Below are positions 32,237 through 42,900 of a DNA stretch of 64,000 nucleotides, piece after piece. The notes under the pieces are model-generated. The model was not told where the DNA came from. It saw only the letters and a program-made list of their open reading frames with translations, and did not search any database. Position numbers and translations under genes: made by a program. This DNA is from Pseudobdellovibrionaceae bacterium (GTDB lineage: Bacteria; Bdellovibrionota; Bdellovibrionia; Bdellovibrionales; UBA1609): contig JAAOIK010000009.1 of NCBI GenBank assembly GCA_015163855.1, forward strand, positions 5,113 through 69,112, read 5' to 3'. How positions within the stretch are numbered: the stretch's first letter is position 1; each line of letters opens with the position of its first letter.

Positions 32237-33856
32237 CTAAGCAGTAACTACTAATTTTTCTGCATCTTTACTATCAATACGAGCTAGTAGATGCTCGTAT
32301 TTTTGCACATCACAATTTTCTAAAACCGTGTCGTGATCACTCCATTTATAGTTAGCATCTTCATTAAATAAAGCAGCCACCTGTTTAGAGTAAGATGGCA
32401 AAATGGGCGTTAAATAAATCGTTAAAATTCTAAAAACATTTACAATATCGGTAAGCACTTGATGGGCTTCTTCAGAGTTATTTTTAATGCTTTTCCAAGG
32501 TTCTTTTTTGTCAAAATATTGATTGGCTTCTTCTGCAAGGCTTCTAATTATTCCAAGAGCTTTCGAAAACTCTCTATTGTTATAAAGCTTTGCAATTTCT
32601 AAGTTAGCATTTTGTATTTTTTTAATTAATAATAAACCGTCTTTAGAGCAGCAGCTAAGTTTATTATCTAATTTTTTATTTAACATTTGTATAGATCTAG
32701 AGGCCAAATTAGTAATTTTAGAAAGCAGTTCGGCGTTGGTTTTTTGCGTAAAATCTTCAATGCTAAAATCAATATCCGAAGCATTAGCATTTAATTTAGA
32801 AGCTAAATAATACCTTAAGTACAAAGGGTTTAAAGTTTCTGCAAAATGTTTTGCAGAAATTAAAGTTCCCTTGCTTTTGCTCATTTTTTTTCCTTGAAAA
32901 GTAAGATGGCCATGAACAAAAATATTATTTGCCAATTTATAATCAGAATTTTTTAACATACTAGGAAAAAACAAACAGTGAAAATAAACAATGTCTTTTC
33001 CAATAAAATGATAAATTTCTGTATCTTCGGCATTCCAAAAGGCTTTAAAATTAATATTTTGTTTTTCTGCCCATTCTTTTGTGCTAGCTAAATAGGCTAA
33101 GGGGGCGTCTAACCAAACATAAAAAAATTTATCTTTATGTTCAGGAATTTCAAAGCCAAAATACGGTTTGTCTCTAGAAATATCCCAGTTAGAAAGTTCT
33201 TTTTCCAACCATTCTTGCAGCTTTTTTTGTACTTCTTTTGGAGTATGTTCTTTTATCCACAGCTTTAAAAATTCTCTAAAATTTTCTAATTGATAAAATA
33301 AATGAGAGCTTTCTTTAAGCACAGGTGTATTGCCACATATAGAGCACTGCGGATGTAAAACCTCAGTGGGCGAGTAGGTGCTGCCACAAACATCACAAGA
33401 GTCTCCGTTTTGCTCTTCGGCCTTGCACTTAGGGCAAGTGCCTTTGGTAAATCTGTCGGGTAAAAACATTTTATCATGATTGCAATAAAGTTGTTCAATA
33501 TTTTTTTCTACAATATTTTTTTTCATGCTTTCATACACTTCATAACAAATGTCTTTATTGTGAGAGGTGTTTGTGCTGGAGTAATGGTCAAACTGTATTT
33601 CAAAAGTAGAAAAATCTTTTAAATGCTCCTTTTGCATATTTTCTGTTAGTTCTTGTGGTGTAATGTTTAAACTTTTTGCTTTTAACATTATTGGAGTGCC
33701 GTGGGCATCGTCTGCACAAATATATAGGCAATTATGATCTTGCATTTTTTTAAAGCGTGTCCAAAAGTCCACCTGTAAATACTCTACCAAATGGCCTATG
33801 TGAATAGGGCCATTGGCGTAAGGAAGGGCTGCGGTGCAAATTATATTTTTTTTCAT
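32237..33856 (-). CDS. metG: methionine--tRNA ligase (short form, no C-terminal tRNA-binding domain)
   Basis: HIGH motif (PIHIGHLVEY), KMSKS motif, Zn knuckles CPKC...CDVC...CSIC. Confidence 0.93.
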   Translation of the reverse strand: MKKNIICTAALPYANGPIHIGHLVEYLQVDFWTRFKKMQDHNCLYICADDAHGTPIMLKAKSLNITPQELTENMQKEHLKDFSTFEIQFDHYSSTNTSHNKDICYEVYESMKKNIVEKNIEQLYCNHDKMFLPDRFTKGTCPKCKAEEQNGDSCDVCGSTYSPTEVLHPQCSICGNTPVLKESSHLFYQLENFREFLKLWIKEHTPKEVQKKLQEWLEKELSNWDISRDKPYFGFEIPEHKDKFFYVWLDAPLAYLASTKEWAEKQNINFKAFWNAEDTEIYHFIGKDIVYFHCLFFPSMLKNSDYKLANNIFVHGHLTFQGKKMSKSKGTLISAKHFAETLNPLYLRYYLASKLNANASDIDFSIEDFTQKTNAELLSKITNLASRSIQMLNKKLDNKLSCCSKDGLLLIKKIQNANLEIAKLYNNREFSKALGIIRSLAEEANQYFDKKEPWKSIKNNSEEAHQVLTDIVNVFRILTIYLTPILPSYSKQVAALFNEDANYKWSDHDTVLENCDVQKYEHLLARIDSKDAEKLVVTA

Positions 33857-33858
33857 AA

Positions 33859-36093
33859 TTAATTTAAAACATCGTTAAAACAAATTTCTTCGTTAGGCAT
33901 TGCAAAGATTTGGTGTTGGTAGCTTTTACTATCTGTAGTACCGCATTTAGAATATTGTTGCACTAAGTTTTTCCAATAATTTAGATACTCTTCAGAAGTT
34001 TGAAAATCGTCTTTAGTAGCAATGTTTAATATTTGTAAACATTGCTCCTTCCCTTTAATTTTTTGAAAAATAGAGCTAAAGGCTTGTTGGGCGCTAGTGT
34101 TTTGATTATTTACTGTTTTAAAGTTTAGCCGCTTTGCTTTTAATTCTTTTTTTAGCTCCTCACTATCGCTGTCGCTATCGGTTAAGCAAAACACATTGCT
34201 TCTTAAAGAAATACTAAGCATATGAGCAAGAACTAATAAAAAATCTTTTGTGTTTTTACATAAGCTTCTTTTTTTTCCATTAAAAAGAAGCTCAATTTTT
34301 TTTACTTTTTCTGCATTATGAAAATTAAATATTAAAATATTCTTTTTTTGTTTTTTGGCTTCATCTAGTAAATCTAAAAAAGATTGCAATTGTTTTTCGT
34401 CATCCGTTTTTGGAAAATTTAATGCTAGGCTGTTCATTTCTATGGGGCCAATGCTGTACTCTCGTATAAGTTCAATATTGGCTTGTGTGTAGTTTGTGTA
34501 TTTGTGTATTTTTACAAAGCTATTAATTTTATTTTTAAAAAGTTCCTTTTTTATATAGTGAATATCATAGGTAGCAATCGAATGCGAACTTAGCTCCTCT
34601 TGTTCTTCTGAAAAGTTAATGCCTGCTATTTGTGCTTTTTCTAAAAAAATACTACTAATAAAACTGCGGTTTTGGGTTAAGTGTTTCATATAAATTAAGC
34701 TAGTTAAATTATCAGAAAAATTATCGCCTAAAGTGGGAGTAAATAAAATATGTGGTCTCCAATTTTTTGCTTCTTTTTTATAAGAAGCAATTTTTTGCAA
34801 AGCAAATCGAGCGGTCATAATAAAAAGACCTTGTCGCATGTCTGACCAAGAAGAATCTATTTGACGAAATTGAGTCACTAGGTAAATAAGAAAACAAGAA
34901 ATAAAAGCCAATAGGGTTGAGGGGGCGTGTATTAAAAACATGGCAGAAAAGCAAAGGCCTGCTCCTAAAAAACTTAAACTCCAATGGGTTTTAAATTGCG
35001 GTCTCCAAGAGGGGTTTTTCATAAAACTTTCTAATCCAGCGGCTAAATTTAAAGCACCATAGGAGGTTAAAAAAAACATAGATAGTATGGGGGCAATAAT
35101 ATCAATACCTCCCAAAAACAAAGCCCCTCCCGCAAGCAAAACACTAATAAAGGTGGCAACATGAGGGGATTTAGCTTGACCAAATTCTTTTCCTAAAAAT
35201 TTTGGTAAAATATTATCTTCAGCTAAAGCTTTCAGAGTTCGAGGTGCGGCCAAAAGAGAGCCTAGGGCGCTAGATAGGCTAGCCATCCAAATTCCTAAAA
35301 AAATAATTGGTGCAAAGCGAGCCACTTTAGTAACTATTAAAGAGTTTGTATTTAGTAAATGAGGGGAAGCCAAATGATACAAAGCAAAAGCTACGGCGAC
35401 ATAAATAATGTAACCAACAATAACGGCAGCGATGGTTCCAGAAGGAATGGACTTAGATGGATTTTTTAAATCACCCGACATAGATAAGCCGGTGCTAATT
35501 CCTGTAACCGCAGGAAAAAATAATGCAAAAACGGCTAAATAAGAAGCGGGAGTAAAGTTTAGAGGTAAGCTTGTGCTAGTTTCTGTTAGGGGTTGTCCAA
35601 AAAATAAAGAAATTAAAGAAAGAATAATGGTAATAAAAATAAAAACCTGTGCTTTCATAGCTAGGTCAGTAGAGTAAAAAGTTAAAGCCGTTAGGCTGAT
35701 TAAGCTAACCAAAGCAATTAGTGTGGTGGAGGCATTGGGAAAAATGTATTTTAAGGATTCCGAAAAACCCGCTAAATAAAAAGTAATACCAATGACTTGT
35801 GATAAAAATAAGGGAAGCCCAATGGCTGCACCAATTTCTATTCCAAAAGATCTAGAAATTACATAATATATTCCTCCACCTTTTACTTTCATATTGGTGG
35901 CCATGCTAGAAACAGAAAGTGCTGTTAAAAAAGTAATAAGAGAAGAGATGCTAATAATAATTAAGGTACCCATCAGCCCTGCATTAGCTACTATCCACCC
36001 CATGCGCAAGTACATAATGATTCCCAGTATTGTTAAAATACTAGGAATAAAAACCCCTTCAAATGTGCCAAATAGTTTTTTACTTAAAGTCAC
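33859..36093 (-). CDS. APC-superfamily transporter of the cation-chloride cotransporter (SLC12-like) type with a large cytoplasmic C-terminal domain
   Basis: GTG start. LFGTFEGVFIPSILTILGIIMYLRMGWIVANAG ... ATNMKVKGGGIYYVISRSFGIEIGAAIG parallels the TM1-TM3 signature of NKCC/KCC proteins as I remember it. About 12 TM segments plus a roughly 300-aa soluble tail. Confidence 0.7.
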   Translation of the reverse strand: MTLSKKLFGTFEGVFIPSILTILGIIMYLRMGWIVANAGLMGTLIIISISSLITFLTALSVSSMATNMKVKGGGIYYVISRSFGIEIGAAIGLPLFLSQVIGITFYLAGFSESLKYIFPNASTTLIALVSLISLTALTFYSTDLAMKAQVFIFITIILSLISLFFGQPLTETSTSLPLNFTPASYLAVFALFFPAVTGISTGLSMSGDLKNPSKSIPSGTIAAVIVGYIIYVAVAFALYHLASPHLLNTNSLIVTKVARFAPIIFLGIWMASLSSALGSLLAAPRTLKALAEDNILPKFLGKEFGQAKSPHVATFISVLLAGGALFLGGIDIIAPILSMFFLTSYGALNLAAGLESFMKNPSWRPQFKTHWSLSFLGAGLCFSAMFLIHAPSTLLAFISCFLIYLVTQFRQIDSSWSDMRQGLFIMTARFALQKIASYKKEAKNWRPHILFTPTLGDNFSDNLTSLIYMKHLTQNRSFISSIFLEKAQIAGINFSEEQEELSSHSIATYDIHYIKKELFKNKINSFVKIHKYTNYTQANIELIREYSIGPIEMNSLALNFPKTDDEKQLQSFLDLLDEAKKQKKNILIFNFHNAEKVKKIELLFNGKKRSLCKNTKDFLLVLAHMLSISLRSNVFCLTDSDSDSEELKKELKAKRLNFKTVNNQNTSAQQAFSSIFQKIKGKEQCLQILNIATKDDFQTSEEYLNYWKNLVQQYSKCGTTDSKSYQHQIFAMPNEEICFNDVLN

Positions 36094-36224
36094 TAAAGCC
36101 CTTAGGTTTGTGATTATTTACAAATACATCTATTTCTTATTGGATTAAGATTAACTTTTCCTAAGCTATACATCAAACTTTTTTTAGCTGGACTTTTTTT
36201 CAACTCCTGACTATTCTCTTATCT

Positions 36225-37175
36225 ATGATTTATAATAATATTTTAGAAAGTATTGGAAAAACCCCATTAGTAAAATTAAATACTGTGGCTTTAAGCTTAG
36301 AGTGTAACCTTTATGCAAAATGCGAATTTATGAACCCTGGCGGCTCAGTTAAAGACCGTATTGGTTACCGCATGATAGCTGATGCCGAAAAACAAGGAAA
36401 GATTAAGCCAGGGGATACTATTATCGAGCCCACCAGTGGAAACACAGGGATTGGTTTGGCCATGGCCGGAGCGGTTAAGGGTTATAAAGTCATTATTGTA
36501 ATGCCCGAAAAAATGAGCAAAGAAAAATCGCGCACCATAGAAGCTTTAGGAGCAGAAGTGGTTCGCACACCTACAGAAGAAGCTTGGGATTCGCCTTTAA
36601 GTCATATTGGTGTTGCTAAAAAATTAGCAAAAGAGTTGCCCAATGCGTTTATTTTAGATCAATACAAAAACCTATCTAATCCGTTAGTGCATTATGAAGA
36701 AACTGCCGAAGAAATTATAAACGATTTACAAGCGCCTTTAGCGATGCTGGTTGCAGGTGCAGGAACGGGCGGAACTATTAGTGGGGTAGCTAAAAAATTA
36801 AAAGAAAAAGATGCCTCTACTATTATTGTTGGTGCCGACCCCGAGGGTTCTTTATTGGCAGGCCCTTCTGATATTTTTTCTTATGAGGTAGAGGGCATTG
36901 GCTATGACTTTATTCCCGATGTATTAAATAGAGACTTAATCGATCAGTGGGTAAAAACTAATGATAAAGAATCCTTTGTGTGGTCGCGCCGTTTAGTGAA
37001 AGAAGAGGGCTTGTTATGTGGAGGGTCTAGCGGCTCTGCCATGCAGGCCACAATGCAGGCAGCAAAATCTTTAAAAAAGGGCGACAACTGCGTAGTTATT
37101 TTACCAGATGGTATTCGTAATTATATGACTAAATTTTTAGATGATGCTTGGCTAAAAGAGCGAAAATTTATTTAA
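36225..37175 (+). CDS. cystathionine beta-synthase-type PLP enzyme (catalytic core only; CysK/CBS family)
   Basis: [85 protein letters not shown]. The [10 protein letters not shown] and NYMTKFL blocks are CBS-like rather than CysK-like. Confidence 0.85.
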   Translation: MIYNNILESIGKTPLVKLNTVALSLECNLYAKCEFMNPGGSVKDRIGYRMIADAEKQGKIKPGDTIIEPTSGNTGIGLAMAGAVKGYKVIIVMPEKMSKEKSRTIEALGAEVVRTPTEEAWDSPLSHIGVAKKLAKELPNAFILDQYKNLSNPLVHYEETAEEIINDLQAPLAMLVAGAGTGGTISGVAKKLKEKDASTIIVGADPEGSLLAGPSDIFSYEVEGIGYDFIPDVLNRDLIDQWVKTNDKESFVWSRRLVKEEGLLCGGSSGSAMQATMQAAKSLKKGDNCVVILPDGIRNYMTKFLDDAWLKERKFI

Positions 37176-37375
37176 AGTATATTTATCTATCGCTAATCGA
37201 TATTCAAGCGTTTTAAATTTTTTGTAAAAAAATATTTTCTTAACAAAGCAGTCCAATCTTATAAAAGCCTAAATGCGGACTTTTATTTTATAAGCTTGTT
37301 ATTTTACTTATCTTGTTTTTCTTTTTTTTGCATACACCAGTTAATCATACACAAAATCAGCAAAGGAGAGATTTA

Positions 37376-38887
37376 ATGCAGGTATATTCTTTTGTGCATC
37401 AATCTTTTGATATACAAACTATTGAAGTGGAGGTTAGCTTGGCCCCAGGTCTTCCTAACTTTCAGATTATGGGTTTGCCCGATTCGGCCATTAAAGAAAG
37501 TCAGTTTAGAATTAAATCTGCCTTAAGGCAGCAAGGCTTTACTTGGCCTAAAGCGCAACAGGTTTTAGTCAATTTGCGGCCAGCACATATCAAAAAATCT
37601 TCCCCTGGTTTAGACTTAGCTATTGCTTATGCGTATTTATTAAAAACCCAACAAATAAAGCCTGTAGATATTTCTAAAAAAGGTAAGTTATTTGTTTACG
37701 GAGAGCTTAATTTAGAGGGAAGTGTTTTTATTCCAGAAAATTTTTTACATACAACATTAAATTTGGATAAAGAAGATATTTTGGTTTCTGGAGAGGACAA
37801 ACAATTTATTTTTTCTGGAGAAAGTTATTTTATTACTAGTTTGTCTGAGTTAAAGTTTTCTGAAAAGAAAAAAGTATCTAGCCATGTCAACGCAGAAAAA
37901 TGGAAAAATAAATGCACTAGTCAGCGCCCTGTATTTTTGGATTTGCATTTCCCTTTAAATGTGGCCGACCTGTTATCTGTAGCAGGGGTAGGGGGGCATT
38001 CTTTATTTTTAGCTGGTCCTGCGGGTTCTGGAAAAAGCACTTTTTGCAAAGCCTTGCATCAATTGCAAATAGACCCTTGTGCAGAAGAAGTGCAAGAGAT
38101 AAAAAAAATTAGTCAATATTTTGGAAAGCCTTGCGACTGGAGACCTTTAGTTAGCCCACACCATAGTACTCCTGCCTTATCTATAATTGGCTGTGGATAC
38201 CCTCCTCAGCCAGGAGAAATTACTAGGGCCAACGGGGGAACTTTAGTTTTAGATGAATTTTTAGAATTTGCTAGCCAAGCCCAAGAAGCTTTAAGAGAAC
38301 CTTTAGAAAGTGGAGAAATTTTTGTTTCTCGTCGAGGAAAAAGTTGTAAGTTTCCGGCTAAATTTCAATTGGTGGCCACAAGTAATTTATGCAAGTGTGG
38401 AGATTTAGTGCCTAATCAGCCTATTAATTGTTCGTACAGTTTAGGAAGGTGTCGTTCGTATTTAGAAAAATTAAGTGGGCCTTTGTTAGATCGATTTAGT
38501 ATTTTAAGTTTTACTCATCAGTGGAAAGCAAAAACCAGTAACTTGTCGTTGTTTTCCGAAGAGTCCGAGCAAGAAAAATATTTATCGGTGGAGCAAATTT
38601 TTAAACAAGTGCAAGAGGTAAGGAAGTTTATAAAAAAAGACAGGCCTTGGCAAAAAACCACTAATCATTTTTTATTAAAAAAACAAATTACAGAAAATAT
38701 AGATGAGTTTTATTATAAAAACTGTATGCCTATTTTTAAAAGCTACAGAAGAGAGCTGGCTTTTTTAAGAGTGGCTAGAAGCTACGCCGATTTAGATTTA
38801 TCCAGTCAAATAGAAAAAGAGCATTTAGAAAAAGCAAGAGCAATGTGTATTCAAAGCTTTTATGATTTAAAGCAAATTTTTTGTTAA
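37376..38887 (+). CDS. comM: YifB/ComM-family Mg-chelatase-like ATPase
   Basis: N-terminal Lon-protease-like domain (GLPDSAIKESQFRIKSAL), Walker A LAGPAGSGKST, LDEFLEF Walker B. ATG 37376 is preceded by AGGAGA. Confidence 0.85.
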   Translation: MQVYSFVHQSFDIQTIEVEVSLAPGLPNFQIMGLPDSAIKESQFRIKSALRQQGFTWPKAQQVLVNLRPAHIKKSSPGLDLAIAYAYLLKTQQIKPVDISKKGKLFVYGELNLEGSVFIPENFLHTTLNLDKEDILVSGEDKQFIFSGESYFITSLSELKFSEKKKVSSHVNAEKWKNKCTSQRPVFLDLHFPLNVADLLSVAGVGGHSLFLAGPAGSGKSTFCKALHQLQIDPCAEEVQEIKKISQYFGKPCDWRPLVSPHHSTPALSIIGCGYPPQPGEITRANGGTLVLDEFLEFASQAQEALREPLESGEIFVSRRGKSCKFPAKFQLVATSNLCKCGDLVPNQPINCSYSLGRCRSYLEKLSGPLLDRFSILSFTHQWKAKTSNLSLFSEESEQEKYLSVEQIFKQVQEVRKFIKKDRPWQKTTNHFLLKKQITENIDEFYYKNCMPIFKSYRRELAFLRVARSYADLDLSSQIEKEHLEKARAMCIQSFYDLKQIFC

Positions 38888-38989
38888 AAATGGGCTATTT
38901 TGCAGGCTTAGCTTGCGAATATTAGGAAAATATTGCACTCTAATACAGCCTTTATATGCATGGTGTTTTAGTGCATATATTTTTGCTTG

Positions 38990-39063
38990 GGTGGTGTAGC
39001 CAAGTGGTTAGGCAGAGGACTGCAAATCCTTGAACGCTGGTTCGAATCCAGTCACCACCTCCA
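38990..39063 (+). tRNA. tRNA-Cys (anticodon GCA)
   Basis: GGTGGTGTAGCCAAGTGGTTAGGCAGAGGACTGCAAATCCTTGAACGCTGGTTCGAATCCAGTCACCACCTCCA. Anticodon loop is CTGCAAA. 7-bp acceptor stem, CCA encoded. Confidence 0.9.
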
Positions 39064-39086
39064 AACCTAGTCACAACCTCCAAACC
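39050..39086 (+). repeat. tandem duplication of the tRNA-Cys 3' end (18-nt unit, 17/18 identical, 19-nt period)
   Basis: AGTCACCACCTCCAAACC (39050-39067), T, AGTCACAACCTCCAAACC (39069-39086). Confidence 0.9.
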
Positions 39087-39311
39087 CCGATAACATCTGC
39101 CCGTAATTTAGTTTCAGATTTTGTAGATAGAGAAGTGTTGTTTGAAATTACAGGCTTTTGTAGTAATCAAGCTTATATATTTAAGCTAAAATGCTTTCAG
39201 GATTTTTAAGCGTAACCGTGTATAAAACTAGACCTTTAGCCAATACAGTTTTTTTTGCCTTTTCCGTTAAGTTTAGTACTCAGTAGTGCAAATATTAAAA
39301 AAGGAATTGGC

Positions 39312-39899
39312 ATGTTGAAAGTAGTGATAATTTTACTAGTTAGTTTTTCTGGATTTAACTCTTGGGCAGGACCAGCCAAAAGTCGAAAGTCTAAGGTGGG
39401 AGAGGCCGCAAGAGTAAAGCGAAGTAGTAAAAAATCTTTAATACCAAAAAAAATATCATCTAGTTTGACAAAAAAATTAAAGGTTAATTCTGAATTGCGG
39501 TTAGAGACGCAAAAAGCTCTACAAAAGATGGTGGATAAACTTCACAAGTCAGGGCCTAGGCTATTAACACAAAAAGAGGCTATTTTTATAGAGTCTAAAC
39601 AAATTTTACAAGCTTTAGAAACTGCAAAAAAGAGTAAAGACTTAGATGTGCTAGTGAGCTTAGTTAGTAAGCAGTCTTTATCCATGATATCGGGGAGCTC
39701 TAAAAGGCAGGTGGAAAACTTTCATTTTTTACTAAAAACTATTAATGCTAAGTTAGTTTCTAGCAATGTGGATCTGTCAAGAGTGTTAAAAAAATCTGCA
39801 CAAGAATATGTAGTGGCTAGAAAAAAAGTTTCAGAAGCAAAAAAAGAAGCGGAAGGAAATAAGTTTTTAGAAGCATTAAAAAAGCGTTGTGGCGCATAA
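39312..39899 (+). CDS. hypothetical secreted Lys-rich helical protein
   Basis: ATG 39312 after AAGGAA. Signal peptide MLKVVIILLVSFSGFNSWAG. No recognisable domain. The ORF is open from TTG 39255. Confidence 0.5.
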   Translation: MLKVVIILLVSFSGFNSWAGPAKSRKSKVGEAARVKRSSKKSLIPKKISSSLTKKLKVNSELRLETQKALQKMVDKLHKSGPRLLTQKEAIFIESKQILQALETAKKSKDLDVLVSLVSKQSLSMISGSSKRQVENFHFLLKTINAKLVSSNVDLSRVLKKSAQEYVVARKKVSEAKKEAEGNKFLEALKKRCGA

Positions 39900-39951
39900 A
39901 CATAACTAATACTTTTACCATTAAGTAATAAAGCAGGAGAAAGAAAGTTTT

Positions 39952-42900
39952 ATGTTAAAAATTTTTATTGGGTCTTTTTTTTTATTTTCTGCGGTTTCTT
40001 TTTACGATGTTCTTTTACAGAAAAAGACAAGCGGTGTTACAGTAGCCAAGCTTTCCAATACTTTTAAGCGAAAGATAGCCTCTCAAGTTTCTGTTCGTCA
40101 AAACCGGGGATACGAAGGAAGAAATCCGCGGCTAAGAAAGGACAATATCAATCAGCCCGCCCCTAAAAAGACAATAAATTTTAAACAATGGTCTCAATCT
40201 ATTAACGCCACAACAGGTATTGATTTACAAAAACACAGAAAGAGCTTAAAAAAATTAAGACCTAGCGAATTACTTAAAGAATTAAATAAAGCACAAGCAC
40301 TGCCCAAGCCAAAAAGAATGCAGTCTTTAAGGCTTACTGCTAAACGCTTTATTCCCGAATCTTTACTTTTTTATTTGGCGGGTAACTTGGTGTCTATAAC
40401 CGACCATGGGCTTGGCATTAGTAAAATTAATAATCCAAGATTTTTTCAAACCGAAATAGATAGCGTGCTGTCTGTTGAGGGTGGATCTCATTTTTTTTCA
40501 TTTATATTTTTTAATCAAATGTATTCTTCATGGTCTCAAAAAAAAGTACAATCGAAAACCACTTCGGTAGCATTAAGTAAATTTTTGCAAAGTGCTAAAA
40601 ATTCTTTTGCAGGCATGGCTGTTGCTGGATTAGGGGCAAGTATTGTTTCCGACCTTGGGCCGATGATTTATTACTGTAATTTAGGTCAATTAAAAAAAGT
40701 ACAAGATACGCAAGCTTCTGATATTTTTACAACACCAGCCAAACATATTGCTTCTTGTGACGATTTATATTTACGATTTATTTCGGGAAGAATGCAGTCA
40801 GAGTGGATCAATCAATTAGCATTAGGCCTAATTCCAGCAGCGGTGCTTTCTCATGGAGTTAGTGCTTCGGGCAAACGACTTTTTAAACAAGCAGGTACTG
40901 TAAAAAAATGGTTTCAAAGCAGTAGCCTTTTTCAGGCAGGCAGTGCTGCAAAAAAAGCGCAAGCAGGAAAGCTAGCTTTACTAGCTGGAAAAGTGGCGTC
41001 GGGAACAAGGGCTGTTTTTTCTGCCACATGGGTAGGGGCTTTAATTAACTTTAGTTTATTTGTTGGAATAGATAGGTTATTAACTTCGCATGTTAGTTAT
41101 TGGGGATCTAAAAAACTAAGCGTGGCATTTTTAAATACTTATACAAAAAATTTGCAAGCCTATTTGCAAAAAGGCTTATTTACTTATGCAAGCATTAAAA
41201 GTTTAGAAAAAAATAATAAAAATACTCAGGTTTCTCAAGAACTTATTAGTCAATGCACCACTAAAGAATGCATTCAACAGCAATATATTAATCAACCAAA
41301 AGTATTTAGTGAAAAAGATTTTTTACAAAATTTTAAATTATATGCAAGCACTATTAGGGATTACCGTCAGTTATTACTATCTAAAGGCCAAGAGCATTAT
41401 CAAAACTGGATAACGAGTTTTAAAAAACTAAGTTTAAAATATGATGCTGGTTTTCAGTTTTACTATGATTTTATAAATAAAATTGCCAATAACGACCCAA
41501 TGATTCAATCTAAATGGATACCTTTGGTTTTTATTTTGCCAGAAAAAACCAAAGAGGGTAATTTTATAAACCCTCCCGATTTTACAAGCGAGCCAAGAGC
41601 AGAAAATTTATTTTTAAATTCAGGGCAAAAGCAAAACCTTGTAGAGGCACAGGTTTTTTTAAATAAAAAAATAAAAAAGATTAATCAAGTAGGGTGGTTT
41701 TTTGATAAAAAAATACTGCTATTTCAATTAAAGCAATTAAAGCGGCAGTTATTTTCTAAGCACATAGATACTCAATTAATAGGCTTTAAAAATTTACAAA
41801 CATTAGTAAAATATTATAATAAAAAATGGACTTGTGATAATCGTAGAGTGGAAGATTTACAGTGTTCTGTAGTTTATTTATATAAACAATTAGGTCGGCC
41901 ACAAAGTAAAACTTATTTAGAAAAATACATTCAATATTGGGGGATGGCATTTAAGCACAGCTATGGATCGGATTTATTAAGCCAAACTTTTTCTACAAAT
42001 TTAGCAGAAGATTTTTTACAGTCTATGGTGTGCGGAAAAACGGAAGGGGAAATTTCTGATATTGTAGGTTGGGATAAGACTTTTTACCCTCCAAAAATTA
42101 TTAACTTAAAAAACAATTCTTGTAATTTCAATGTGCTAAAAACCCCTGTTGCACATATGTTGTGCGACAAGCCAATGGGTAAAGACGCAATTAATATAGG
42201 TGGGGTTCATAAAAAAAAGTGGAAAAAGCCTAGTAAGCATTTTTTAACTGAAGATTTTCAATGTGCTAACTTATGGGGAATTAGCCCAGGAAAACAGCCA
42301 AAATATTCGGTAATGTCTACTTATTTTGCAGTTAAAGATAAGGGTCAAGTTAGCACTTACAATAGTTTAGCAGAGCTGGTGGTTGCTCGTTTAGATAAAA
42401 AGTTGCTAATTTGTCAAAGCCAAGATTGCCGACACCAATTATCTCAAGCGGTTGCCAAAGATGAAGACAGCAGTGTGTTTGAGTTGTGGTGGAGTGCTCA
42501 TGTTTCCCCTTATGTGTTAGAGCAAATGAATATAGCGAAAAAGGCGACAAACAAAATTTTAAATCAAGAAATTCTTCCTGTATTGCATGGAAAAACTTTA
42601 CAAAGCGACAACACAGCTAAGGCCTCTGTTGTTCAGCTATTACAAATCAACACAGAGGCTTTTTCTATAGAAAAATCTTTAAAGATAGAATCTTTAGTGT
42701 ATCAAAATATTGCGAAAAATATTTATAAAAAGTATTGCAAAGACAAGGTGTGCCTAAAGGAATTAAATCAATGGTCTATAGATGTTCGCCGTAGTTTAAA
42801 TATATTGTTGAACTATGGTTCCAATGTAGATACACAATCTGCTCAAAAGTTATCAAAGAACCTAAAAATTGCTTACCATAATTTTTTCTATACGCTATCT

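Noticed and set aside
32219-32246. CTAAGCAGTAA repeated twice between fadJ and metG
   Set aside because: It is an 11-nt repeat. The second copy is simply the metG C-terminal codons and stop. No hairpin or further copies were noticed.
36094-36224. Riboswitch or leader upstream of the CBS-type gene, and likewise upstream of ask at 22839-22879
   Set aside because: The spacers are AT-rich with no conserved riboswitch cores (SAM, lysine) or stable helices that I could draw.
37313-37375. 21-codon extension of comM starting at TTG 37313
   Set aside because: The poly-Phe start is implausible. ATG 37376 is preceded by AGGAGA.
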